Of a stretch of 64,000 bases of DNA, positions 39,071 through 48,192 are shown piece by piece. The translations under genes were made by a program, and so were the position numbers. How positions within the stretch are numbered: the stretch's first letter is position 1; every line of letters starts with the position of its first letter. Source of the DNA: an uncultured Pseudomonadales bacterium (GTDB lineage Bacteria; Patescibacteriota; Microgenomatia; UBA1400; PJMF01). The stretch lies in contig CAZYNM010000003.1 of NCBI GenBank assembly GCA_964648715.1, forward strand, positions 29,430 through 93,429, in the 5' to 3' direction. Under the pieces are notes generated by a model. The model saw only the letters and a program-made list of their open reading frames with translations, had not been told where the DNA came from and did not search any database.

Positions 39071-40591
39071 TTATGCTTTCACCAACTCAGTATGCAGCGA
39101 GTTGAATGTCTGTACTGCTTCGTGGAGTTGCTTTTCTGTTTCATCTGCTATTTTTTGGTCTGCCACAATTTTTTCCAGGAGTGCGGAGTGTGATTCACGC
39201 ATGTAAGTCATGTATGCTTTCTCCCATGCTTGAATGTGAGAGACCTGGACAGCGTCAAGGTAGCCTTTCACAGCGGCAAAGATGACCACGACTTGTTCTT
39301 CCATTTTAAGTGGTGTGTCCCATCCTTGCTTGAGGACACCATTAACTCGCATACCTCTGTTGAGTTGGGCTTTGGTACGTTCATCAAGGTCAGAACTGAA
39401 TTGAGCAAATGCTTCTAGCTCGCGGAACTGTGCAAGGTCCAGCTTCATGGTTCCGGCTACTTGTTTGGTAGCCTTAGTTTGAGCTGCTGAACCGACACGT
39501 GATACGGACAAACCCACATTGATAGCAGGTTTCATGCCGGCATTAAATAAGTCTGTTTCAAGGTAAATTTGACCGTCTGTAATAGAGATGACGTTGGTGG
39601 GGATGTATGCAGACACGTCATTAGCTTGTGTCTCGATTATAGGCAGTGCGGTAATAGAACCACCTCCATGATCTTCATTTAACCGACATGCGCGCTCTAA
39701 CAAGCGAGAATGCAAATAAAATACGTCACCTGGATATGCTTCACGGCCAGAGGGACGTCTTAAAAGCAATGAGATTTCTCGGTATGCCTGGGCATGCTTT
39801 GAAAGGTCGTCAAAAATGATGAGGACGTCTTTACCCTGATCCAAGAAGTATTCTGCTACTGCTTGACCTGCATACGGAGCAAGGAAGCGTTCTGCAGCAC
39901 TAGTAGATGCCGTCGCGGCCACGATAGTTGTGTACTTCATGGCTCCTCTTTCTTCAAGGATGCCGGTGATTTGGGCGAGTGATGATCGCTTCTGACCAAT
40001 ACAGACATAGACACAGATGATGTTCTGATCTGCTTGGTTAAGGATCGTACCCAATGCAATGGCAGTCTTACCTGTCCCACGGTCACCAATGATAAGTTCA
40101 CGCTGACCACGGCCAATAGGGATCATAGCATCAATTGCTTTGATACCTGTTTGCATAGGTACGGTGACTGATTTACGAGTCATAACGCCAGGTGCAATTT
40201 TTTCTAGCAACATGAACTTCTCTGGTTTGAGAGCTGGTTTGCCATCAAGAGGGCGACCAAGTGCATCAACGGTTCTTCCCAATATCTGGTCAGATACGCC
40301 TAAAGACAAAATACGGCCAGTGCGCTTAACTTGGTCACCAGCTTTAAGGTGTTGTGCGGAGCCAAGTGCCACAATACCGGTGGTGTCTGCGAGCAAGTTG
40401 AATGCAAGACCCAGTTGATTTTCTCCAAGATCGACAAGCTCACTTGCTTGTACATCCTCTAGCCCCTTTACTTGAAGCACTCCATCACCACCACTCACCA
40501 CAGTTCCTACTGATTCGGGCGTGGTCGTGATATTAGCGTTTGCAATAAGTGACTGTAGGTCAAGTTGAAAAGTGTCGGTCTTTTTTTTCAT
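39071..40591 (-). CDS. atpA: F1 ATP synthase alpha subunit
   Basis: Walker A GDRGTGKT, 506 aa. Confidence 0.95.
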   Translation of the reverse strand: MKKKTDTFQLDLQSLIANANITTTPESVGTVVSGGDGVLQVKGLEDVQASELVDLGENQLGLAFNLLADTTGIVALGSAQHLKAGDQVKRTGRILSLGVSDQILGRTVDALGRPLDGKPALKPEKFMLLEKIAPGVMTRKSVTVPMQTGIKAIDAMIPIGRGQRELIIGDRGTGKTAIALGTILNQADQNIICVYVCIGQKRSSLAQITGILEERGAMKYTTIVAATASTSAAERFLAPYAGQAVAEYFLDQGKDVLIIFDDLSKHAQAYREISLLLRRPSGREAYPGDVFYLHSRLLERACRLNEDHGGGSITALPIIETQANDVSAYIPTNVISITDGQIYLETDLFNAGMKPAINVGLSVSRVGSAAQTKATKQVAGTMKLDLAQFRELEAFAQFSSDLDERTKAQLNRGMRVNGVLKQGWDTPLKMEEQVVVIFAAVKGYLDAVQVSHIQAWEKAYMTYMRESHSALLEKIVADQKIADETEKQLHEAVQTFNSLHTELVKA

Positions 40592-40600
40592 ACAATTCTT

Positions 40601-41032
40601 TTATGTTGCTCCAAGTGCAGTTCGCACCTGCTGTAATTTGTGTTGTAGTGTCGCATCTATCTCTCGTGATCCTATGGTGAGGCGAATGCCACCTAACACC
40701 TTGACATCAACGACCTCTTTCACGGTAAATGCTGGATACCTGTGTTCTAATGCGGTAGTCAGTGCTGCAAGTTGTTTCTTAGTGAGGGGAACAGCGGTAG
40801 TTACAACTGCTTGCGGGACCTGTGATTCCAACTTGGCAAGTTTGCCAGCGATTGTTGCATCAAACTCTTGACTACCGAGTGTCAGTTTAATGCCGCCCAG
40901 AGCATTTTCATCCACAATTTCAGAAAATTCTGCTGGACCTATCTTTGATGAGATAAGTTCTTTAACTGTACTGAGTTGTTGTGCAGTTAAAGTGTGTGCA
41001 GTGGTAATAGTGATATGTGGTTTTGATGACAT
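40601..41032 (-). CDS. atpH: F1 ATP synthase delta (OSCP) subunit, atypical: two tandem copies of the C-terminal domain
   Basis: It sits in the delta position in the operon. The C-terminal signature appears twice: ALGGIKLTLGSQEFDATIAGKLAKL and VLGGIRLTIGSREIDATLQHKLQQV. At 143 aa there is no obvious N-terminal helical bundle. Confidence 0.7.
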   Translation of the reverse strand: MSSKPHITITTAHTLTAQQLSTVKELISSKIGPAEFSEIVDENALGGIKLTLGSQEFDATIAGKLAKLESQVPQAVVTTAVPLTKKQLAALTTALEHRYPAFTVKEVVDVKVLGGIRLTIGSREIDATLQHKLQQVRTALGAT

Positions 41033-41035
41033 ACG

Positions 41036-41521
41036 TTATAGTGCTTTGATAACATTCTCTAGTTCTGTGTCAATCAGTTTTTCGTGCTTTTTGGCGTCTA
41101 CAGAGGAAGCGATTACTTTTTCACTAATGGCAATTACTGACGTAACTACTTCGGCACGAATATTCTCTATCATTTGTGCCTTTTCTGTTTTCCACGCGGC
41201 CTTTAATTTTTCAACTTCTGCTTGTGCCGCTGTATGGGCTTCTGCAACCAGCTTCTCTTTGACTGCTTCAGCCTCTTTGGAAGCCTCTTTAAGAACTTGG
41301 GAAGTTTTTTTCTTGAGTTCAGTCTCTGTTTTTGCCTTGAGCTCATCTATAGCAGCTTGCTCAGCGAGTGCTTGAGCTGCAGCTTTTTGTCCTTCTTCAA
41401 TACGTTTTGCACGCTCCATGAACATTTTCATGACGGGCTTGTACAAAAGGAAGGTTAAAGCGCCTAGAACAACAGAAAAATTGACTATCTGAAACAATAT
41501 TTGTGAGATATCAATTTCCAT
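41036..41521 (-). CDS. atpF: Fo ATP synthase b subunit
   Basis: N-terminal TM (ILFQIVNFSVVLGALTFLLY) then a long charged helix, 161 aa. Confidence 0.85.
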   Translation of the reverse strand: MEIDISQILFQIVNFSVVLGALTFLLYKPVMKMFMERAKRIEEGQKAAAQALAEQAAIDELKAKTETELKKKTSQVLKEASKEAEAVKEKLVAEAHTAAQAEVEKLKAAWKTEKAQMIENIRAEVVTSVIAISEKVIASSVDAKKHEKLIDTELENVIKAL

Positions 41522-41560
41522 ACTACTCCTTGTATCGCAAGGGTTTGGTGAAACACCAAA

Positions 41561-41797
<237 letters not shown>

Positions 41798-41804
41798 CTA
41801 CTAA

Positions 41805-42722
41805 TTAATGCTCACTGTGGCCTTGTGTAGCCATGTTAAAAAATACCAGTGAGAGCATTGAAAAAACGAGTGCTTGCACGAAGCCTACAAAGACCTCGAG
41901 ACCATAAAATGGGATTGGCACACCCAAACCAGCAAGATACATTACAACTGAAATAAGAACTTCACCTGCAAACACGTTGCCGAACAGACGGAAGGCAAAT
42001 GAAATAATCTTTGCGAACTCAGAAATAAGCTCGAGAATGCCTACAAAAAACATGATGGGACTACTGAAATTAAAGTACTTACTAAAATAAGAGAGATGTA
42101 AGAACTGTACTCCAAAGAACTGCACCATGAATATAGAGATGATACCAAGGGCAATTGTTGTATTCAGATCCGCAGTTCCAGGACGGAAAATGGGAACATG
42201 TTTCTCGTGATGTTCGGTTGTATGAGATACCTCAACGGCATCTGTTGGAGCGTTAGTATGTTCTACTGCGGTCTCAGCCACGACTTCTTTCCCATGCTCA
42301 TCTACAGCAATCGTGATCTGCTTCTCTTTTACCTCAACATGCTCAACAGTTTCTTGTGTCACGGAGACTTCTTCTTTCATAACCTTCTTGATTGTACCGA
42401 CACCTGGGAGCAAACCAAGCCAGTTGTTGAGGATAATGAACAAAAAGAACGTCGCAATAAATGGAAAAAAAAGACGCGTTTTACGCATGTCACCGGTAAT
42501 CGAATGAACAAAGTTAAACAGAGACTCTACAACCCATTCTGCAAAATTTTGCAGACCTTGAGGTTTATTAGTATTTTTGAGGTTGAGTCGCACAACTACC
42601 GCAAATGCCAACAACAACGTGCTGACGATAAGACTGGTAAACATGGAGTTGGTCAAAGCAAAATCACCGATGTGTGTGATTGGTTCTGCTGCGAGTGATA
42701 CGTGCAAGCCTGTGGCTGCCAT
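41805..42722 (-). CDS. atpB: Fo ATP synthase a subunit with a ~70-aa His/Glu-rich hydrophilic insertion
   Basis: Conserved a-subunit C-terminal helices (FAFRLFGNVFAGEVL..., the essential Arg context). An inserted segment EEVSVTQETVEHVEVKEKQ...SHTTEHHEKH lies between TM segments. Confidence 0.85.
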   Translation of the reverse strand: MAATGLHVSLAAEPITHIGDFALTNSMFTSLIVSTLLLAFAVVVRLNLKNTNKPQGLQNFAEWVVESLFNFVHSITGDMRKTRLFFPFIATFFLFIILNNWLGLLPGVGTIKKVMKEEVSVTQETVEHVEVKEKQITIAVDEHGKEVVAETAVEHTNAPTDAVEVSHTTEHHEKHVPIFRPGTADLNTTIALGIISIFMVQFFGVQFLHLSYFSKYFNFSSPIMFFVGILELISEFAKIISFAFRLFGNVFAGEVLISVVMYLAGLGVPIPFYGLEVFVGFVQALVFSMLSLVFFNMATQGHSEH

Positions 42723-42835
42723 ACTGTTCTTTTTTGTAATTAATTACTACTTATTTCTACATATTCAATATGCACAATAAGAGCAAGACCAGAAAGGATT
42801 ATACTGATTCGTTGCATTTGAGCAAGAGACAAAAA

Positions 42836-44725
42836 TTACTCTGCTAAAACGATGACGATGTCGTATGTGCCTTGTGCATCTTCAGTGCTGCCTACTTTTT
42901 CTGTTTCAGTTAGCGTAAGACCAAGCGCTTTCTCAAGTTGAGAAAGGACAGCTGAGTCAGCATTTTTTTGATAAATAAGGATGCCTTCTGTGTAGGTTCC
43001 TTTGGCGTTTCCAGTGGCAACAGTCCCTAACTTGGTTGTTTCAATTTTTGCTTTAATAGTACCCGCATATCCTGATTTCTTAGTGGCATTTACAACCAAC
43101 ATCTTGAGTTGTTTCTGTTTGGAAGGTGTCGCACTTGCAGTGGCTGTCGATGGCGTAGGAGTGGGTGTTGTAGTGGGTTGTGGTGTTGGAGACGTTACAA
43201 CTTCAACTACTGGTGCTGGTGTGTTCTGATCTGGTGCTGAGAACTTGAGGAAGGCAAAACCAATGCCCACCCCAATACCCACTGTCACCAGAAATACACC
43301 AACTGCAATTAAAATCATCTTCATCATAGGCCACACCCCAGAGTTATGTCGTATAGGTGTCTTTGTAGGCACACTATTTTCGATCCGAGGTACCTCCTTA
43401 CTATCCGATTGTGCCTGAACAAACTGACGTAAGTCAATACGCTCTTCACCCACACTCACCGCAGTCTCAACTGCAGTTTCTGCAACTCGCGAAGCAGGTT
43501 TCACTTCTTGTGCCACCATTTTATCGGGAAAAGCAGGTCTTTCTTTTTCTTGTGGGAGATCAAGTTCATCCTCTTCCGCTTCTTCTATTTCTTCAAGATC
43601 TGTACTTTCTTTTTCTGTATCACTTTCTTCTAAAGTATCTACGGGATCATTCTTTTCTTCTGTCTGTATGGTAGTGGGCTCAGAAGGCTCTTCTTGCGTT
43701 TTTGCACTGGTATCAGTGCTTTTTTCTGCAGAAACGGCATCCATTTTCACCGCTGGTTTTTCTTGGACTGGTGCTGGTTGCGGCTTGGGAAGATCGCTTA
43801 CTTCATCTTCATCGTCTGAGAGAGCTGTACTTCCTGCTGTTACCAGACTTGCCGCTGCCTTTTTTTCAGCAGCAGTGGGTTTATCAAGAGGGAATACGGG
43901 GACCGGATAATCGGGTATAGACAGTGTCCTCATACTAGCCTCGATAACGCCTTGTACATAGGAAGGCATACGCTCATCTCCATCTGTGCTTGCGGCCATT
44001 TGTTGGAGAGGAACTGTTTTGTTTAAAAGTTCCTTGAGCTTCTCTTCCACGAGTGCATTACTAAAGACATAGACTGTTTGTATACTGGGCTCAGTACCTT
44101 TCAATGTTTTTATTGTTTCAGCAATACTCGCGCAATCATCGGCTAAGGCATATGAGTTTTGATCAACACCAATGTAATGTTCAGCAACATATAGATGCCC
44201 CCCCATTTGGAGTACCGTAATAGAAGGTTCCAGAGAAACTGATGATTTACTGACCCAACTCAAGGGAGAAATGCCGGCAATGACGAGGTCATATGCAGCT
44301 GCAGCGAGTTTGAGCGGTATCAGCATCTCCTTTTCTAAAGCAGCCAGCTGAACTCGGGTGATACCTCTCAACTGGTTGAGAATAACTGTCACTAGTTCAT
44401 GTGTTTGAGAAGAAATATTAATAGAGGGCAGCGTCTCAGTCTTCAAGTATTCTTTAATTTTCGTTTCACTCGTTTCTTTGACAGAAACAATAGTGTTGGT
44501 AAAGAGAAAATCAGGCAGAACAATATGGTACGTTTCGCCTTTTTCAAGTTTACTCAAGAGCTTATCGATTTTGTCTGCTATGAAGTTCTCATTTTCATCA
44601 AAAAAAGTCCCATTAATCTGTGTAAAAGAATGAATGGTAAAGTGATGCGGTCGTTTGTCTGGGAGTAGTTCCGCGACATATGCAACATCAGGGAGTATGT
44701 AGAGAAGCTTTTGAGTATCAATCAT
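42836..44725 (-). CDS. membrane protein with cytoplasmic N-terminal domain, acidic low-complexity region, single TM, Pro/Thr linker and C-terminal LytR_C-like domain
   Basis: C-terminal MLVVNATKKSGYAGTIKAKIE...GILIYQKN...YDIVIVL resembles the LytR C-terminal (LytR_C) domain. A TM segment (ILIAVGVFLVTVGIGVGIGFAF) precedes a PTPQPTTTPTPTPS linker. The start is set at the internal Met (MIDTQK); the longer ORF to 44890 overlaps the divergent neighbour. Confidence 0.5.
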   Translation of the reverse strand: MIDTQKLLYILPDVAYVAELLPDKRPHHFTIHSFTQINGTFFDENENFIADKIDKLLSKLEKGETYHIVLPDFLFTNTIVSVKETSETKIKEYLKTETLPSINISSQTHELVTVILNQLRGITRVQLAALEKEMLIPLKLAAAAYDLVIAGISPLSWVSKSSVSLEPSITVLQMGGHLYVAEHYIGVDQNSYALADDCASIAETIKTLKGTEPSIQTVYVFSNALVEEKLKELLNKTVPLQQMAASTDGDERMPSYVQGVIEASMRTLSIPDYPVPVFPLDKPTAAEKKAAASLVTAGSTALSDDEDEVSDLPKPQPAPVQEKPAVKMDAVSAEKSTDTSAKTQEEPSEPTTIQTEEKNDPVDTLEESDTEKESTDLEEIEEAEEDELDLPQEKERPAFPDKMVAQEVKPASRVAETAVETAVSVGEERIDLRQFVQAQSDSKEVPRIENSVPTKTPIRHNSGVWPMMKMILIAVGVFLVTVGIGVGIGFAFLKFSAPDQNTPAPVVEVVTSPTPQPTTTPTPTPSTATASATPSKQKQLKMLVVNATKKSGYAGTIKAKIETTKLGTVATGNAKGTYTEGILIYQKNADSAVLSQLEKALGLTLTETEKVGSTEDAQGTYDIVIVLAE

Positions 44726-44786
44726 AGAGGCAGCAAAATTATAGCATGTAGAAGACGCTCCTTGGAACAGGTATAGTGAAGTATAT

Positions 44787-45923
44787 ATGGCGCAGGAGCT
44801 AAGTCGGCGTACTTTTCTTGAACTGAGTGCACAAGTGAGTTTCGGTACTCTTATTGCTTTGGTGCGCACTGGCTTGGAAGGTGTCCGCACTGCTCACGCA
44901 CTTACAAAGCAAGAACGCTCTTATCAACCTATTGCAGAAAAAGCTCTCGAACTGCAGCAACAACCTGCTGCGCTGGAGTATGCCAGAAACTTATATGATA
45001 CGCTCCAGCTGGATACCAGTATCCCTATTGGTTGGATTGATGTTACTCCTGTGTGTCATACACTTCCCTGTTTTACCGGCACATCTGGACAAATACTTGA
45101 TATGCAGCGAAGCCAGTCTTTTAGTGATGGTTCAGTGACCACAGAAGCTGCAGAACATACAACCTGGGCGCTCCAATTTGCAGTACAAGATTGTGATAAT
45201 AGTTCATCTTTTATCAAGCCAGGGCTTTCTCAGGCAGAATGGACGAACATTATTTTAGCCATTGATGAAACTGTATCCATTGAAATGTACCCACAAATGA
45301 TTACCAAACTTGTCGATGATGGTGTGGGAGTCATTGGGAGTATGCCTACCTGGACAGAGCTGGATCATGGTGTTTCTGAGGAAACTGTTGCAGCAGTTGC
45401 AGATGCTTACGCCTATGCACAAGCACATAATGTCCTTATCATTATTCCCTCTGGAAACAGAGGAATTGACTTGGCTTCTCCCCCCGATGGAGTTAAGCGC
45501 ATACTGCATGAACTGAAACAGCAGTTCTCCAACGTCCTTTGCGCGGGTGGTGTGAGTGATGAACTTGCTATTCCTTTGTGGCAGGCCAATGGATTGCGTG
45601 GGTCTAATTATGGATTGGGTTACATTACCTGTGTCTCTCCCATCATTAATAGACACGTGCCAGCTCGTGGGCCACAAGTAGTAAGTGGGACTACGTTTGC
45701 AACGGGAGACATGGTGAGCTGCATTCAGGCCGTGCAAGCTCGTATCGGGAGAATGCCGGATGGTTCTCTCCCCGATCATAGAGTGGTAACTGCGTGCTTG
45801 ACTGAAACTACTCAATACTTGGGTAACCCAGCGTACTTTGGCAATGGGCTTCTGCAGATGCATAACGCACTTAGGGTTGCAGGTCAGGCACGGACCCTGC
45901 TCAGAAAAAGGTGGGAACACTGA
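44787..45923 (+). CDS. subtilase-like (S8-fold) protein with Tat-type signal; the catalytic Ser position appears to be Thr
   Basis: N-terminus SRRTFLELSAQVSFGTLIA (twin-arginine motif). Motif order VDDGVG (Asp), DHGVS (His), SGNRG (oxyanion Asn) and GTTFATG in place of GTSMA. Confidence 0.4.
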   Translation: MAQELSRRTFLELSAQVSFGTLIALVRTGLEGVRTAHALTKQERSYQPIAEKALELQQQPAALEYARNLYDTLQLDTSIPIGWIDVTPVCHTLPCFTGTSGQILDMQRSQSFSDGSVTTEAAEHTTWALQFAVQDCDNSSSFIKPGLSQAEWTNIILAIDETVSIEMYPQMITKLVDDGVGVIGSMPTWTELDHGVSEETVAAVADAYAYAQAHNVLIIIPSGNRGIDLASPPDGVKRILHELKQQFSNVLCAGGVSDELAIPLWQANGLRGSNYGLGYITCVSPIINRHVPARGPQVVSGTTFATGDMVSCIQAVQARIGRMPDGSLPDHRVVTACLTETTQYLGNPAYFGNGLLQMHNALRVAGQARTLLRKRWEH

Positions 45924-45945
45924 TGGGTGCACGGATTTCCAAAGG

Positions 45946-46020
45946 TGGGTCCGCCGGGATTCGAACCCGGGACGCACAGCTTAAAAGGCTGTCGCTCTAA
46001 CCGACTGAGCTACGGACCCA
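45946..46020 (-). tRNA. tRNA-Lys (anticodon UUU)
   Basis: Reverse complement TGGGTCCGTAGCTCAGTCGGTTAGAGCGACAGCCTTTTAAGCTGTGCGTCCCGGGTTCGAATCCCGGCGGACCCA. Anticodon stem ACAGC/GCTGT with loop CTTTTAA, T-loop GGTTCGAATCC, 3' CCA. Confidence 0.85.
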
Positions 46021-46095
46021 ACAGCCGGTAATTATACCAGCTCTTTTGTCTCCTCACAATTACAAAAGACTGGTATACTCTCGAGAGAGAACAGT

Positions 46096-46941
46096 ATGCC
46101 AGAATTGCCAGAAGTAGAGACCATTGCTCGCCGACTTGCCCAGGTGCTTCCTGGTAGACAGATCCTTTCTGTTCATGCACGAATGGTAAAAAGTTTTGTG
46201 GGTAATCCTGAGCAAGTAATAGGCAGCACCATCACCGGTATTACCCGAAAAGCTAAAGTGCTCACGATTTCCCTTGATACAGATGCTGTTCTGTTAGTCC
46301 ATCTCAAGATGACTGGTCAGCTTATTTATGTTGATGAAACGCATCGACTGGGTGGTGGACACCCTACTGCAGATTGGACAGCAGCACTACCCAGTGCACA
46401 CACACGCGTCACACTGGAACTTTCTGATTCTGCACATCTTTTCTTTAACGATCAACGGATCTTTGGGTGGATAAAAGTTGTTCCTAAAGCTCAGGTTACT
46501 CATGAGTTCAAAAACACCGCACCAGACATTATTGATCCTGCCATCACCGCTGAGTACTTTTATGAAAAAACCAAAACAAGAGGAATCCCCATTAAGCAAC
46601 TGTTAATGGACAATACATTCGTGGCAGGTGTAGGGAATATTTACGCCAATGATGCACTGCATTTAGCAGGTATTGCCCCAAACCGGCCTGCTCGTTCACT
46701 CACACAAGATGAAGCAGCGCGGCTGTATTCTTCTGCTAGAAATGTTATAGAGCTGGGCATTGCGCTGGGTGGTGCAACCATTGATCACTTTCGCCATGTA
46801 GATGGTTTTTCTGGTGAATATCAAAAAGAAGTGCGTGTCTATGGCAAAGAAGGCACTCCCTGTCGAATCTGTGGGACAACAATTCTTAAAACAGTGTTGG
46901 GTGGTCGAGGAACATTTTACTGTCCAGTGTGTCAACGTTAA
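46096..46941 (+). CDS. mutM: formamidopyrimidine-DNA glycosylase (Fpg/MutM)
   Basis: N-terminal PELPEVE (catalytic Pro2, Glu3) and a C-terminal zinc finger CRICGTTI...YCPVCQ. Confidence 0.9.
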   Translation: MPELPEVETIARRLAQVLPGRQILSVHARMVKSFVGNPEQVIGSTITGITRKAKVLTISLDTDAVLLVHLKMTGQLIYVDETHRLGGGHPTADWTAALPSAHTRVTLELSDSAHLFFNDQRIFGWIKVVPKAQVTHEFKNTAPDIIDPAITAEYFYEKTKTRGIPIKQLLMDNTFVAGVGNIYANDALHLAGIAPNRPARSLTQDEAARLYSSARNVIELGIALGGATIDHFRHVDGFSGEYQKEVRVYGKEGTPCRICGTTILKTVLGGRGTFYCPVCQR

Positions 46942-47867
46942 CGGAACTGCTTAAGTACCGCAGCACTCTTTGCAAGCTTTTGCTTTTCTTCCCAGTCCAG
47001 CTTGATCTCGAGTGTTTCAACAACCCCTTCTCTACCAATAATACAGGGCACACTGAGTGCTACACCCGAATGATCATAGTATTGATGCAGTGGGACTGAC
47101 ACAGGAAGAACGGTGCGCGAATCACGCAAGATTTTACTAATGATCTCAGAAACAACAGTTCCTATTCCATAAAAGGTGGCGCCTTTGGATGCGATAATTT
47201 TGTAGGCAGCTTGCTGTGCTTTTTCAAACGCATGCAGAGCTTGTTCTTCAGAAAACTTGGGCATGAGCCGGAGCGGTTGTCCCCCAACTGTGGCACTTGA
47301 GATAGCAGGAAACGACGTGTCACCATGCTCACCCAAGATGTACGCATGGATGCTGCTGGGGTTGATATGTAAAAATTCTGACAAATGAAAACGGAAACGA
47401 GCGGTATCTAATGTGGTTCCAGAACCGAAGATGCGTCCTTTGGGAAGACCTGCCACCTGATAGGCTCTATAGGTGAGAACATCAACAGGATTGCTGACAA
47501 TAAGAATGACGGCATCGGGAGCATACTTGAGGACTTCAGGGATGATGCCTTCAATAATTGCACAATTTTTTGTAGCTAGATCTAAACGAGTCTCACCAGG
47601 CTTTTGGGCTGCTCCGGCGGTGATAACCACAATATCGCTACCGGCAATATCAGCGTAATCTGACGTTGCTTTTATTTGAGCAAAGGGCAAAAAGCTCATC
47701 CCATGCTCCAAGTCAAGCTCTTCTCCAATTATCTCATCAATGCAGCGTCCCAGCAGAACAAGCTCATTAACTACACCTCGATGCAGCAGTGAATATGCTG
47801 CGGTCATACCAACTTTGCCACATCCTATGATAGAAACTTTGTTAGATTCGTGGGCAGTTTTTGACAT
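46938..47867 (-). CDS. ldh: L-lactate dehydrogenase (LDH/MDH superfamily)
   Basis: Rossmann N-terminus KVSIIGCGKVGMTAAYSL and the catalytic region GEHGDTSFP (LDH-type His loop). 309 aa. Confidence 0.8.
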   Translation of the reverse strand: MSKTAHESNKVSIIGCGKVGMTAAYSLLHRGVVNELVLLGRCIDEIIGEELDLEHGMSFLPFAQIKATSDYADIAGSDIVVITAGAAQKPGETRLDLATKNCAIIEGIIPEVLKYAPDAVILIVSNPVDVLTYRAYQVAGLPKGRIFGSGTTLDTARFRFHLSEFLHINPSSIHAYILGEHGDTSFPAISSATVGGQPLRLMPKFSEEQALHAFEKAQQAAYKIIASKGATFYGIGTVVSEIISKILRDSRTVLPVSVPLHQYYDHSGVALSVPCIIGREGVVETLEIKLDWEEKQKLAKSAAVLKQFR

Positions 47868-47889
47868 GAAAATTCCTTATACTTGGTCT

Positions 47890-48183
47890 TCACCTGTGTC
47901 CTACAAATATTCTTGATAAGAGCACACCTAATTTGCGAGGAATCGACCGAATGCCATCAAAGGGATCTGGCACAACGCCTTCAATGTTATAGTGTTCCGA
48001 CAAGAGAGCCACAACAGCGTCCGTATCAACTTTGCCTGCATGCACATGTCTATCAAGTTGAGTGAGTAATGCTTCTAATGCTTGGTCAGCACTCCTAGTT
48101 TGCGAAAGCACCTTAATGTACTCAGCATTGAGCATATGTGCTACCTGTTCAACGGTGGAGTATTCTGGTTTCTCTGGTCTCAT
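47890..48183 (-). CDS. hypothetical small protein (97 aa)
   Basis: ORF with typical composition and no known motif. Confidence 0.35.
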   Translation of the reverse strand: MRPEKPEYSTVEQVAHMLNAEYIKVLSQTRSADQALEALLTQLDRHVHAGKVDTDAVVALLSEHYNIEGVVPDPFDGIRSIPRKLGVLLSRIFVGHR

Positions 48184-48192
48184 ACTTCCATC

